A stretch of DNA of 64,000 nucleotides, taken from positions 558,001 through 622,000 of the forward strand of contig JAYWIR010000016.1 of the NCBI GenBank assembly GCA_036172245.1. Direction: 5' to 3'. The notes under the pieces were generated by a model, which worked only from the letters and a program-made list of their open reading frames with translations, was not told the DNA's origin and searched no databases. Positions within the stretch are counted from its first letter, which is position 1, and each line of letters opens with the position of its first letter. The translations under genes and the position numbers were made by a program. This DNA comes from Raillietiella orientalis. Lineage: Eukaryota. Below are positions 1-12,420 of the stretch, piece after piece.

Positions 1-559
1 TGCGGCAATGGAGAGGGAGGTCGTGGAAGACGAGCACTTGCGGTGAGGATGCAGGTGAACTTCAGTTTTGCGGCTATCAGAAGGGGTGATTAACTGACTG
101 CTTTCCAGTTGATACTGGAATGATGAAACGATGATGCTGTGGGTGGCTCTCGGGGCGGTGTCAAAGGAAAAGCCAAGGATGCCAACTTTCGGTAGAACGG
201 AATGAGAAATTCGAAACTAAAGTGAGATTCCCTTTTTTTCTTTTTCTTTTTTTTTATTTTACCAGCGCACCACTACACATGAAGTCTCCGATTAGAACTC
301 GTGTGCAGAAGAGTCAACCGCTTTCGAAGCAGCTTCCCGCCTCTGACGTTAAGAAACACACCGAAGCAAAAGCCATCACTGGCTAAAAGAATCTTCTCGA
401 GAAAATTCGCATCTTCTGAGAAACAGAGAGGCTTCTCGTGAAAGGCAAGCTTTGGACCAGACGCACGTTTCGCAGCAGTTCTAACTGATCGCAGTCCAAA
501 GGATTTTCTTGTCAACCGAGGCACACATTGCCCGATCCGACGACAAAAGCCGGGGGGGG

Positions 560-960
560 GGGGGGAGAAGGCCGATCAATTACCATTCCTCATCGGTAAC
601 TGAACATGGTTCTGGAATATCTGTGTCCGTGTCAGGACCAAGGCTGAAGCTTTCCGAACAGTAAAGAATGCTCTGATTTTTTCCTTTGTCTGTCATTAGC
701 CACATCAGGAGGAAGCTGAAGCTGCATTCCTCAAGATCATTCATCTCAAAAGAGATCTTCAAAGCAAGCTGCCGTTTCATCTGCCGCGAGGAGTCCCGAT
801 TCTGATTTCATCTCAGTAATGTCGAACAGGAGGCTTTTCTGTCAGAAGTGTCGGAGTAGTAATTAGGAAGGCGTGCAACTCCGGAAACACAAGAAAGATG
901 CCAACGAAGCGAAAGAAGAATCTCGGCGGCAAATTCAAAAATAAACAGGATGAAAACCAG
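560..960 (-). mobile_element. Decayed RLE non-LTR retrotransposon, endonuclease C-terminus
   Basis: Minus frames give LALKISFEMNDLEE (~IDVTVPFEN..EAF), then SLLFGKLQPWS (~AL.VG.LG.W), in the expected order; frameshifted. Confidence 0.5.
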
Positions 961-1019
961 CGTTACAGATACCTGAGATAATGGTGACCTCTCCAAAAGT
1001 GTAGTCCTTGGTTTTCACC

Positions 1020-1324
1020 GTGATAACTGCCATAAGATGCCGCCACTGTTCCGATACTGCGGAAAGAAACTGACAAGGACACGCGAAACGTGGAAAAATC
1101 AGGACAACGACGCGTGGTCCAGCATGATAAAGAAGGGTCTCTGGGAACTCTTCCACCCCCACCTCCCCCACCCTCAAAGACGGAAACCGAGACGTCTTCC
1201 ACGGGATCCGGGACGTAGACCTGGCACAGCCTACCCACGTATCTCCCTATCTTGAAAAAGATTGAGGATACTGCCCGGGTGAGGGGAACGCCCAACGATC
1301 CCTACTGATCCGAAACTCAAGGCC
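1020..1324. repeat. Left arm of a 305-bp near-perfect inverted repeat (partner 2496-2800)
   Basis: The reverse complement of 1020-1324 matches 2496-2800 almost base for base; the ORF track shows the same peptides on opposite strands. Confidence 0.95.
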
Positions 1325-1479
1325 AGCCAGAAATCCTGACACCTCGTTTTGTAACGACGATGTGTTAGAAACATATGAAAAGTGCCAGTTGTTCCACGCA
1401 ACTATTGTTTTCGTATGTGAGTTGCGTTTAATCGATCCACCCCACCGCTTGTCCGGATGGAGACAGCTGCAGGTCAACC

Positions 1480-2130
1480 GAAGAACAAGCTAGGAACGGC
1501 TTCTGAGACAGTTGGCTCCTGTTTAAGGAAACAGCTTTGACCCAGAGACCAACACTGCATCGAGTTGCTACTGGCATCAGGGTGTTATTAGAAATCGGGG
1601 AGAAGAGCTGGCTGCACCAGATCTCTTCTCCCCGACTCGATGCCCTCTTAACACCCGGATGGAACTCAAGTAGCAAAAAATTCCAAGATCATCTAGATAA
1701 AAAAGAAGTGAGCATACATTGATTGCATGTGAGTGGACAGGAAGAATCTGCAAAGCGATAAACGAATTTGCCAGACCTGCATCCCTGGAAGCACACTTCC
1801 TCAGCGTCTCAATCGCTGAGGAAATTGCTGTGCCATGAGTATGTAGGCTCCCCAAAGCGTCAAGGGTCTTGAATGAGGGACGCCTGCTAGCTAGAAAATG
1901 CTGATGAAGGTGACGGAAGCTGCTCGTGAACCCTAATTAAGCCAACACTAAGGCGATGCTGCGCAATGATGGGGATGTTATGGAGAGCAGTTCCGAGATG
2001 CGGAGAGTCTGAAGCCTGGCATAAGACAGTAACAGAGTGCAAGAACAGCACAAGTGGGAAACCAGCATGGAAGTGTCTTGTAGTCAGGAACTTCCTCAGC
2101 TGCATGGCAGGTGACTTCCGGACTTCCTCT
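1480..2130 (+). mobile_element. Decayed RLE non-LTR retrotransposon, 3' part
   Basis: SPRLDALL (~ARLN.LP), IAEEIAVP (~EN..V), GESEAWHK (~G.LG.W) and KCLVV (~KLMVS) occur in order across frames. Confidence 0.4.
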
Positions 2131-2495
2131 GTAGATGAATGCTCCCCCTAAACGTACGTATCCTCAAACCTTGAAACGGTGCTATCTGTTGTGATGCTGC
2201 TTTAGCGTTTTCAACACGAAGGGGTCGCTCGGAGTTTCAGTTCAGCACACATCCTCGTCTGATCAACGGAAGCTGCAGGCACTCTTTAAGGAACCGTCGA
2301 AAACAAGGTTTCTAACAAACCTGTCCAGAAATAAACGATCCCGCTATCGGACGCGTGGGACACGGGATCTGATGGATCATGGCATCACCTGCTGATTCCG
2401 GAATGCGGCATCCCGCAGCACGGATTCACTTCGGAAGTCGTTCTGGAAAGCAACTTGTGCTGAGCTCACTGTCCGCCATGCTTTCCAGCATGTAC

Positions 2496-2800
2496 GGCCT
2501 TGAGTTTCGGATCAGTAGGGATCGTTGGGCGTTCCCCTCACCCGGGCAGTATCCTCAATCTTTTTCAAGATAGGGAGATACGTGGGTAGGCTGTGCCAGG
2601 TCTACGTCCCGGATCCCGTGGAAGACGTCTCGGTTTCCGTCTTTGAGGGTGGGGGAGGTGGGGGTGGAAGAGTTCCCAGAGACCCTTCTTTATCATGCTG
2701 GACCACGCGTCGTGGTCCTGATTTTTCCACGTTTCGCGTGTCCTTGTCAGTTTCTTTCCGCAGTATCGGAACAGTGGCGGCATCTTATGGCAGTTATCAC
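2496..2800. repeat. Right arm of the 305-bp inverted repeat (partner 1020-1324)
   Basis: Direct sequence comparison with 1020-1324. Confidence 0.95.
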
Positions 2801-2949
2801 TGGTAGCGAACTGCTTGCATTCCCGGATGGTCACTCTCGGCTTCTGGCGCATCCCCTATTGTATCCCATCTCCCGTGTAGTCTTCCAGAAGTGTCTTCAG
2901 ACTTCACTTGGATCCTGCTATTCGACTGATACTGGTTTCTAAGATACCA

Positions 2950-3800
2950 GTTCCTGCGATATCTGAATCTCAAGATGCTGTGCCGATTCTGGTTTCAGAG
3001 AGCGCTCTCGGGGTCAGTTACTAAAACGAAGGAAAGGCAGAGAAGCAATTTGTGCCATTGCAGGGATGGGGAAAACCAATCCGGAGGGAATTTCAAAATG
3101 CCATCAGTGCTCCAGGAGAAAAAAAAAAAAAAGAAAAGAAAAAAACAGGACTTGTTCAAAAGGGACTGACGATCCGGGCACAGAAGCACCCATTTCGATC
3201 AAGTCGACGAAATGGATCCGAACTGCTCATCAATGCTTTGTGTATTGCATTGTTTTTGGTTTCATCTCAGAAGGACTGACGGTCTTCAGCAGTGGATCAA
3301 ATGAAGCATAAGACAGCCATCTGACTAATAGTGAACTCACGGTGATGCGGAACAAAATTATCTTCTTGATCAGATGGTGGATCCGGGAATCCGGCCGGTT
3401 TCCAATGGGTAGCATAAAGATCACGCAGCTCGGAATTGCTCTCTTCTGCGAGCAGTTCCTCAGCTGGGAATGGTTCCATCAAAATTTTCAGTATTTGCAA
3501 ACGGCGTCAGAGCTAGACTGCCGTCCTGGGATGGTGCAAGAGGGATTTTATGCGTTAAGGAAGGGGGATGATTATTCTTCACACAGATGTCTCCTTGATA
3601 GGCAGCCTCCGATGTACGCCGCACGTGTTCAGGAACAAAATCAGGTTTGCCGATTCCCAGCATGCTTCCCAGGTTCCATCCCGCTCTCGACGAGGTGTCT
3701 TTGGGAAAACCCGGGAAGAAAAAAGCACCTTTTCGACCGTCTCTGCGAATGCGGCGGTTCGCGAGTGCCCGGCTGGGGGGGAGGGGAGAGGAGTGCACAC
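2950..3800 (-). mobile_element. Decayed RLE non-LTR retrotransposon, CCHC plus endonuclease
   Basis: EACWESANLILFLNTC (CCHC remnant), then NRPDSRIHHLIKKIILFRITVS (~LRPDIV...KKII.VDVTVS). Confidence 0.55.
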
Positions 3801-4449
3801 CTCCCTGAGAATGTATGCCGATAGTCACTCGGGCTTGGGTAAAGGACTTTTCGGGTTTCGATCCCCATTGAGGGGCATACCCCAAATGTCGCCGCTCGGG
3901 AGGAAAGGAACGGAGTTCCTGACAGCAAGATTGCGAAGCTCGCATACCAAACTTTTTGCGAGGAGCTCTTGGAATGCGCCGATGTAACAACTGGACGTCC
4001 GCTCGTCCCGGCGCAGTAAGCAATTTCGCAGCGACACGAACTCTGAACTGATGATTTCGTTCCGTGTTGTTCCCTATTTTTCAAGAGAAAAATTACTAAG
4101 ACACAGAAACAAATTGAATGCCTAATCCAATTGGTCGATCTCCCTGTCCAAAACACGACTTCATCAGCACGAAACAGTTTGTCCTTCCTCATCTCTCTCC
4201 CTCCTTTTTCCTTTTTTTTCGTCCTGATGCGAATTTCCGTTTTCGCCAGATCGCAGAAGATGAAGAGTCGTCAGGAGGAGGAGGAGATTGCATTCTGCAT
4301 CGCCTTGCAGAACCTTGTCACGGTCTGGAGTGGGGAGAGAGTTATACGTAGCCATCACTCCGTGCAGCCCGGGCGACGGGGTTCCCATTTATTTCGAACT
4401 TTTGTCCTTCATCCCCGAGAACTTTGCCCTGGAAAAATTCTCATCGAAC

Positions 4450-5319
4450 GGAGCTTCGGAAAATGACGCCGATGACGGTTTCTCGTTCGTGGGTCTCACA
4501 CCCCAGGAGACGGTGTCAGCATCCGTTCGCCGTATCGATCACGGCAAGTCAACACGCATGCGGTGTCCATGTGCGTACGCGTGTCCCGTGCGTTCAGTGT
4601 TTGGCACATGCGACCTTGGGAAGCGACTGAGGAGCTCTGATACGCCCAGAGACCAAGATCACCAGTCTGTTGAATAGCCATTACAGGATCCATGGAGACA
4701 TCCGTGAGAAGTGCATTCTTTCCCTTCCGTCCGAAATACTCGTCCTCGGTGGACACTGACACGACTCATTCATCGAGAAAAACCCCGTGGCCAGACCACG
4801 GTGATGTTTTTTTTGGAAATTCCTGCGAGCTTTGGAAGGCTTCAGAGAGCTTCCACAAACCGGGGTGATGGAACTATAGGAAAAGGACGGTTCACAGCTT
4901 CACAAGAACCGAAAAAGAAGATAAATATCAGGAGATCGGCTTACTGCTAAGGAAGAAAGGATTTCAGGATGAGTTCAAGGCTGTGGTAGAGGTCAAGGCT
5001 CAACAGGAACCTGGTGATCCCCGTAACGATAGGGTGATTCGTGAGCTAGGTATCCTGGAGCCATGCGCTGAGAAAATGAGGCGCCTGATGGTGTCCTCCT
5101 CTTGCATGCAGCACAGTAGGGATATCTAATGGACGCACCGTCCAGGGCATCCTCCGGACGACGCCAACAAGCGGCAAGCCCACGGAATGGCTGCAGAAGA
5201 AGGGAGTCTTCCATCAGAGTCGTGAAGAATGAGGAAGCCGCTAGAGAAAGAGAGGAAGATGAGGCAAAGCCATCCAATTTTATTTATTCGTATAGAATGT
5301 AAGAAATGTACGAAACAAC
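4450..5319 (+). mobile_element. Utopia-like (U2-targeting RLE) retrotransposon, 3' remnant
   Basis: Ordered motifs: RIDHGKSTRMRCPCAY..VFGTC (CCHC), RP/EILVL, VMFFLEIPASFGR, KEDKYQEIGLLLRKKGF, GSTGTW/DPRNDRVIRELGI..KMRRLMVSS..SRDI. A short 3' UTR follows and abuts U2 sequence at 5320. Confidence 0.8.
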
Positions 5320-5437
5320 TCCGTTCTTATGAGCTTCATGTCTGATACGCAGCCTGCCTGGCGACCAGCTTATTAAACTACCTTTTGGAAGCGGACGGGA
5401 CGCTTGGAGCTTGCTTCCTCTCCTATCGTGGGACGGC
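5320..5437 (+). pseudogene. 5'-truncated U2 snRNA pseudogene (from about nt 39 through stem-loop III)
   Basis: tccgttcttatgagcttcatgtctgatacg...ttaaactaccttttggaagcggacgggacgcttggagcttgcttcc..tcgtggga is colinear with metazoan U2 (TCTGTTCTTATCAG..TCTGATA...TTAAAC..TTTTTGGA..GGAGCTTGCTCC). The Sm site is mutated. Confidence 0.85.
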
Positions 5438-5523
5438 ATCTCTTCACGTGGGAGGATCCTTCCTAGCGCATCTCGGAAATGCCAACGCAGATCTCACTCA
5501 ACTAGGCAATGCGGCAACTCCCC

Positions 5524-6112
5524 CCATCTCCTCAGCCTGTCTTCTCTCTTCCAGCCGTCCCCATGACGCGGCTGTGATCGAGAGTGGCAGCCCCGTCACG
5601 AGCTGGGGCCGCCTTCGGCCACGGACGGCGTCCCGTCCCATCGTTCCCAACGCGCGTCCCGGCAGCATCGAGCACGTCTCAGCTTCCTCTTCCCACGAGG
5701 CCCGTCCCCCTCTTCCGAATTTCCTGGCACTTGGCCGTTCGACGCATCCCACCGATCCCAGGGATCGCACGAGGAGCGTTCTTCAGTGAGGCGGGAGCTC
5801 CACCGCAGGCGAAGCGGAGAGGCGATCCTCGACAGCTGGTCACCTTCCCCATTCAGTGCTGAGCCTTCACCGAGGGACACGCGACCGTGCAGTACGGCCG
5901 CGTCGGCTTCCTCCCGGAAGAATGGCTTCATCTTCGAGTCCGGCGTAGGCTGGCCGGAGGCCGCCAACTCCGGATGCCTGAGGGCAGGCGGGTGTCCTGA
6001 CCTGGACCAGCGTCTCGGCGCGTCTTCCGGGGATCATGATTTTGCTGTTGGTGTGTGGCGGTCCTGTGGATTCTTGCCGCGGACGAGCGGTGCCACCCGT
6101 GGTGGGAGATGC
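5524..6112 (-). repeat. 589-bp near-identical direct duplicate of 16496-17084 (RLE element post-RT segment)
   Basis: Sequence identity with 16496-17084; the ORF track shows identical ORFs at both sites. Confidence 0.95.
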
Positions 6113-6679
6113 CCCGCAAGGGTATTCGGGAACATTCGACTGGCTCTGCATTTATCGTGGCAGGTCATTTCTCTTAGCGATTCGGCGGCTAGCCTCTCGT
6201 AAAAATATCGAGTACTTGAACAGAGATTTCAGCTTCCTGACCCAGTTTCTAGTCTGATTTCGACCTCACTCGCATCGAGAGATGGCCAGAATGCCGCCAC
6301 TCAGGAAGGAGGGAAGCGAACTTCTGACAGCACAATCACGAAACTCCCATACAGGATTTCTACCGAAGAGCTCTTGGAATTCCTCGTGAGGTTCAAAAGC
6401 ATCCGGCATGGGAAGATTGCAAATCCCTCTTTCTTTTGCTAGAACGAGAACGGATATCGGGACTTTTACGCGAAGAATAAATAACTTAGGAGGAAACCCA
6501 GAGCTTCATCCTTGTCATCCAACCTTTTCTCCAGGTTCGGACGGTATGCGAGGATGCCTCTGTGGGAACCAGGAGATCAAAGATTTGGTTATTTATGCTC
6601 CTTCGCTGTTTCATCTCTAATTTGAATGTTTTCGAATCCTGCGAAGTTTTCCTCCTCAAAGCAGAAGGTGAATGAAGTT

Positions 6680-7300
6680 ATAGGGACACTTCGGTTGGCT
6701 GACACCGTCCAGCAGTCGCGGTTGTGGCTTTATTCAGTCCTTCGACTATTGCATCATGCCTAGGTGTGTATAGGGGTGAGTGCCTCATGCAGTGGTGTGA
6801 GACAATGTCTCATTCCAAGAAGCACCACGTCGGCCTGAGCGATGTTACTCCTCTTCTTGCAACTCCTCGTATGGGAAGCAGATCTAGCCCGGCAGCGTGA
6901 CATGCCTTGCTGAAGAGACTCTACGAGAAGTGGCATTGAAAAAGATACGGACACCACCCTCGGACAAAGACCTTGGCAGATTCGCATCTTTAGTCACACG
7001 TGGAAAATTTGCAAGGCCAAGTGATGAATCAAGAGCATCTGCACGGGAAGAAGACAAGAGCTTCAGAAGCGAACTAGGAGTTTGATGGGAGCACGCCAAG
7101 GATTCGAAGCTTCGAAGAAGAACTGGTGAGTTCCATGATTGCCGTCGCCTACTGCAGTCTAACACACTGTGCGCCGAAGAAGACAACAACGACTCGGATC
7201 GCTTGGAACCAAAGCAGGAAGGAAAAAAAACTTCCTCACGAGTAGTTCTTCTGCATGAATTCATAGCAGCAGTGCTTTGAAACCTCCCTGCTCCTCTCGA
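6680..7300 (+). mobile_element. Decayed RLE non-LTR retrotransposon, 3' part
   Basis: LRLADTVQQSRL (~TRFADW..ARL), CLMQWCETMSH (CCHC), HALLKRL (~RHNAI..RL) and GSLGT (~G.LG.W). Confidence 0.55.
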
Positions 7301-7399
7301 TATGTTAACAAGACAAGCGTCCTTCTTCCGTTGAGGTGTGTGAGGTCCGCTTCTAGCAATGAAGTGAGGAGGAATTTTTTTCCCCCTCCTCTTTTACAG

Positions 7400-8100
7400 C
7401 CTTAGTGCTGGCACCACCGGGTGAAGATGCACAGCACCTCCAGAAACGTTTACACGTGGATGGGACCAGCGTCGCTTTAGAGGACACTTGCAACGTGACC
7501 AGAAACTCAACAAAACCAAATCTTGTTCGCTCTCCTGCCGTCAGTGGCAACGCACCTCGTAACAGATTGCTAAAAGACGATTCCTAGCAGAGAATTGCTC
7601 TGGTTGTTCCTAATAAGTGTATTTCTGGGTAGACCTCGCCAGATGGTATCCATAATAAATGTGACACTTCTTGGAAAGCGGAAGATCGGAATTTCCCTCC
7701 TCAATAAAGTGTGCTGGCAAATGACAAGCAAAATATATCTGGAGAGGATAAAAGCACAATCGTCTAATAAGTAATGTATGGTTCCAAAGTGTTCTAAGTA
7801 GCAGTCTGTTCCAGGAAATGGAAATACAATTCGAGAAGACAAATGGACCATTGCTTACCGAATTGAAAACAATTTCCCGTAAAATCAGAACTGTGTTTGT
7901 GAAGAGCAGAATGCCTCGGGCTGGCCGCTTCACCATAGGCGCTGTAAAGCTGATCTCATGATGGACGGGATAAGGTGGTTATCGGCAAGAGGAATGCCCT
8001 CAGCAGCGCGCAAGATCTCAGGCAATCGGCGGTGCGCGCTCAAAGAGGGCGGGGTATGCCGCACACCTCCGGCTGCAGGCACAGGCGCAGGGCGGAGATG
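7400..8100 (+). mobile_element. Decayed non-LTR reverse transcriptase fragment
   Basis: FWVDLA (~WLDL.NAF), VKSRMP (~GVKQGCP) and LMMDGIRWL occur in order. Confidence 0.4.
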
Positions 8101-9219
8101 GGAGGCTGGACGCGTTCCGAGTGCAGGCTGCCTACGCGAGATTTCCCTATCCCGCCCGACTACGCCCCCCTCTAGCAGAGACTCGGCCGTCACGTGACTC
8201 GGACGTCGCGAGTAAAGGAAAGCAAAAAGTGGTCGCTCATTAAAAACGCTCCATTCCAGCGAAGTAGGGCTTAGGGCTTCCTGCACACTTTACGGAAGGG
8301 GGGAGTGGGTGGAGAGGGGCAACAAGTATTTAATTCCGTTGCCTCAAGGTGATGATGCAATTTAAACGCACGATCGCAGCAGCCAGGCACACTGAAATGC
8401 GTTTCTTAATGAGATTTTTCTACAATAATGATTTTCTTTTCTTTTTCTTTTTTTCCTCTTCAGCGAATTCACGGTAATCAGAATACAAATTAATCGCTCT
8501 AGGAGCACCCGACGGATTCAAAGCAGCAGCATCCAACGGTTTTTTTTTTTTTTTTATCCTTTCTTCCCTCGATGGCATCTCCATCTCGGCCGGAAATCGA
8601 TCGAAATGCCGCAGCGTCTGCAGCGGCGACACAGAAGCGAGTTGACAAGTTTCCCGAGCAAGTGCACTGCGATTAAGAATCCATCCTTAATGGAGCCATT
8701 CTTCAGTGGCAACCGTGGCTCCAGAATCCAGAGCGAATTCATTTCTCCAGTTTCGAGGGAGTGGGGCGGTTTCCGCTTCCGCAGGGGGCGCGCGCGCGCG
8801 CGCTCCCCGGACCTCTTTCCGCAGGAGAAGGCGCACGCCGGGACGGAGGCGGGAGAGTCAGCATCCCGCGTGAGGACCCGCTTTCAGGAAGAAACTGGAG
8901 CGCGCGAGCGTCAAGAAAAATGGAAAACGTAATTCCTAATTAATGAATCCCATAAGCGCGAGCGAAATGCAGCCGGAGGAGGCACTAAAAAGCGATACAG
9001 AGTGTCTGCGAGGAATCTGAAGATTAGCAGACTACACGAATAGTCCCGACAGAAAATTGATAATGCAAAGTAAGAAGCGGGGGATCCCTTTCTCCTGGGG
9101 GGGAGGAGGGAGGGGAGGGACAAAAAATTCATAATTTTCGACGGCGCAATAAAGCCGGACGCGGACCGAAATGAAATTATGGAAATCGTGTCATGACGAC
9201 TGGGGATCGAATCCATTAG

Positions 9220-10650
9220 GCACGATTCCATGTAATTAACTGCCCCCCTTTCGAGTGAGACGTCTTCGAACCCGAAAGGTTACGAGCAGACGCACTGACT
9301 GATGAGACGCGATGTTCTCCCCGGGAAGCGCTGGGTCCACGGGAATCTGAGGTCCTCCCCTCCCCTCCCCCCTCCCAGAGGAGAAAGATCGGGATTTTGA
9401 CCGATTGGAATCGGGCAATCGTGCACGCCCCCGTCCCCAAACAGGGCCTCCCCTAGCTCGGAGCGACGCCGTCCCTCCTCGCGAGAAACAATCTGCCAAG
9501 GGAAGGAGAGTTCGGCTTCCGGGAGCGGCCTCGCCATGGAGTTCCCGAAGGAAGGCCTGTTTTCATCGTGTCCAGTTTCACTGAGTCTTATTTATTTTAT
9601 GTTATTTTATTTTTTCGCTCGGCCTGTGTTGGGAAGGAAGTGTGCGAGTTTCGCTTCTTCGGAGGGGACTCATATCTTGTTCACGTTTCGCTGCCTGAGG
9701 TCGCGTTGGAAGGCAGTAGGGAGGAGAAGGAGTGCGAGCAAACGAAGAGGAGGGAGGCAGGCCACTTGCCTTCTCCAGTCCGTCCTCCTGACTAAGCTGC
9801 GCAGCTCCTGTGAATCACCCATGGTTCCATCGATGTGACGGAGGCAAGGATGGCTCCCACAAGGGGAGCGTCAAAGGCACCCTTGCGACAAGTGCAAGCG
9901 CCTTTCCAAACGGTTCCTCCTTCCCTTCCTCTACTGGGCTCGAAAGGACTCTTGGAAGTGGAGGTATCTCATGTGGTGGCTGGGTTGAGGGTTGCGTCAC
10001 AGCTCCAGAACCAGTTCGTAGCACGGTTTCCAAGGGAGCAGCGCAACGGTTTCAAAAGCACAGCAGCATTCTGGTCTGAACGGTTTGGGCGAGCACCTCA
10101 GGGTCATTCCGCAGAAGACAAATGAGACCGCGGAGGGTGTGAGACCTGCCAAGGAATCCGAAGGAGAGTTCAAATGCTAAACTTCCATACTGCAGGCCCG
10201 TTGGCACACGTGCCCTTAAGAGGAGGGAGGAGCAGATTCCAGGAAGTGGAAGGAGATTAGCAGCATACCTTCACTGCATGAGCGAAACGCCACCAACACC
10301 GAGCGCGCGGTATCCGGTTTCGTTTCCATCTTCAGGATGGACATCGGCATCAGATCGGACCCTCCATCCATCCCCTTTTCAAACAACAAGCGAAGGAGGT
10401 GAAAACGTGCCTCTGGATGCTGGGAACCCTCATGCTTCCTGCAGAAGAATCCTCCGCCACCACGGACCGAGTTGGGGGCTGCATGCGGTGAGCTCGAGCC
10501 CGCAGCGGGCCCTGAGTAAATGGTGTCGACTGCTCCCGCAAAAACACCAAGATCCAAAGCCGGGGTTGGGCCGAAACCGACCTCAAAGGCGTTTAAGCAC
10601 TGCTACGGATGTTTCATCTGGAGATCCTCGTTTCCGTTCTCATGTAAGCT
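9220..10650 (-). mobile_element. Decayed RLE non-LTR retrotransposon, post-RT region to endonuclease
   Basis: PRLWILVFLR, RFHLLRLL (~HAFRLL), LGNRATNWFW, PFGKALALVA (~DQGKA), WVIHRS and ALFGDG (~PFENG) occur in order. Confidence 0.5.
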
Positions 10651-11726
10651 CTAACGAATTGAAGTGTCGTGAGCCGCTTGTGCTGTTTCATCCTCAACGT
10701 GATATGAGGACAGCAATCCTGCACGAGCGATTCTTCATTCACCACTCTTTATTTCTTCCTTTTTTTAAAAATCCCATTTTCGTTAGCAGAGGAGGGACGG
10801 ATTGCAGTTGCCTGAAGTTTGGAACTTTTTCCGAAAGGAGCATTTCGAAGCCGCACACGGAACGGGAACTCTTTGACTGAAGGAAACGGAAGCGGGCGTG
10901 GGAATCGCGGCACCAACTTCCCAGCTTGGTTTCACTTTCCCTTTCGAAGCATCTTCGAAGAGCAGATGCATTGAAAATCTGTGCTGTGAATCCTTTCCCG
11001 GACGCCGACGCTCGTCCCCGTTCCTCCCCTGAGCCGAAAGAACGAAACATCTGAATGGGGTACAAAGGTACGGCCTCCATTCGAAGTCCATTCACATCGG
11101 CGGCTAAGAAGAATTCCATGATCCCGTGCTCGAAGCGGAGAGAAGCAGCGGAAAGAACCGATTCCCTTCCCTCGCTCGGATCGTTTCTTAGGTAAAGAAA
11201 GAAAAAAGCAAAGAAAAAAAAAAAAAAAAAAAAACGACGACAGTCAGCTGTCTCCATAATTTCCAGATTGCAGCACGTGACAGCTGCAAATAGGGAAGAT
11301 ATCGCTGAGAATTATAGTAGAAAACCCACTGCTATGTAGATTGGCCCGTTCATTTGGAGAGTGACGAATGGTCCACACAGCAGCTTCAAATGTAGGCGTT
11401 CCGACGAAATGCTTAGATGTGCAGACCGACATCCAAGCTGACCTTGCAATCAAACTGTACATTAGGGTCCAGCAGACAGAGTGGATGGCAACGAGTGTCG
11501 TTGATGATTAATCAGCTGCAGGCATCCGCAACAGTAGTTCCTACCAACCTTTTTTTTAATTAGCACCATTTGAGATTTCGTTCGTCAGCAACGACAGCGT
11601 TCACGGTCGTTCTAGCCCTACACTTTTGGATGCGGGGATTTGAAGGAACACGAAGTATCGATTGCAGTAGGAGAATCTGGACGTGGAGCGAATCTGCAGG
11701 ACGTCGCCCGCCGCCCTTTTCTATGA

Positions 11727-11963
11727 GGCGCCTTTCGAACGCAAGGGCCGGTCGGATGCAAAGGGAAGGACAAACAAGGGAAACGAAAATGCATTGGTGG
11801 TTTGAAACCATTGCACCCCCATGCCATTTCCCCAGGTGGTGCCATTCTCTCGAATCGTGGAGCCGCTTCTTGAGGTGCACGAGGGAAGACGTGGGAGGAG
11901 GCGAGGCGCCGGGTCGGGACTGAGTGATCTAAAAGTTCCCATTTGATTTTCTGGATTGTCTGG
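11727..11963 (-). repeat. Inverted, internally deleted copy of the mariner 3' region (partner 12171-12541)
   Basis: 11727-11834 is a near-perfect reverse complement of 12434-12541; 11845-11963 is a more diverged reverse complement of about 12171-12292. Confidence 0.85.
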
Positions 11964-11984
11964 AATGTGCGGACAGCAGCAGTG

Positions 11985-12420
11985 CGTGGGACCGAAAGGG
12001 TGTGTGCTTCTGGTGGACTTTATGGAGCCTGGAGCAACCACCACTTCGCAAGGCCGCCGTGTAGAAACACTCTCGAAACTGCCGCGTGCCATTCAGGACC
12101 GACGACATGGAATGCTGAGATCAGGAATCGTTCTTCTCCTTCACGACAACGCGCGCCTTGGCAACGCATGATGTCCCCACGTTCCAGACAATCCAGAAAT
12201 TCAGATGGGAACTTTTTGGTCACCCATCACACAGCCCTGCCCAGTGACTACCACTCCTTCCTGCACCTCAAGAAGTGGCTCCACGATTCGAGGGGAGAAG
12301 TGGAGAGCTGAAGACTGCAGTGCTGCTGGACTGGCTGGACCCCCGGGCGGCGGATTTTGATGCAGACGTTTCCCAAAAAAGCTCGTTCCACGGGATCAAA
12401 AGCGTTGGGAAGGAAAAAAT
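11985..12420 (+). mobile_element. Mariner (Tc1/mariner DD34D) transposase C-terminal remnant
   Basis: KGCVLLVDFMEPGAT..ETLSKLPRAIQDRRHGMLRSGIVLLLHDNAR, KFRWELFGHP, PSDYHSFLHLKKWL, ELKTAVLLDWL..AADF; frameshifted. Confidence 0.9.
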
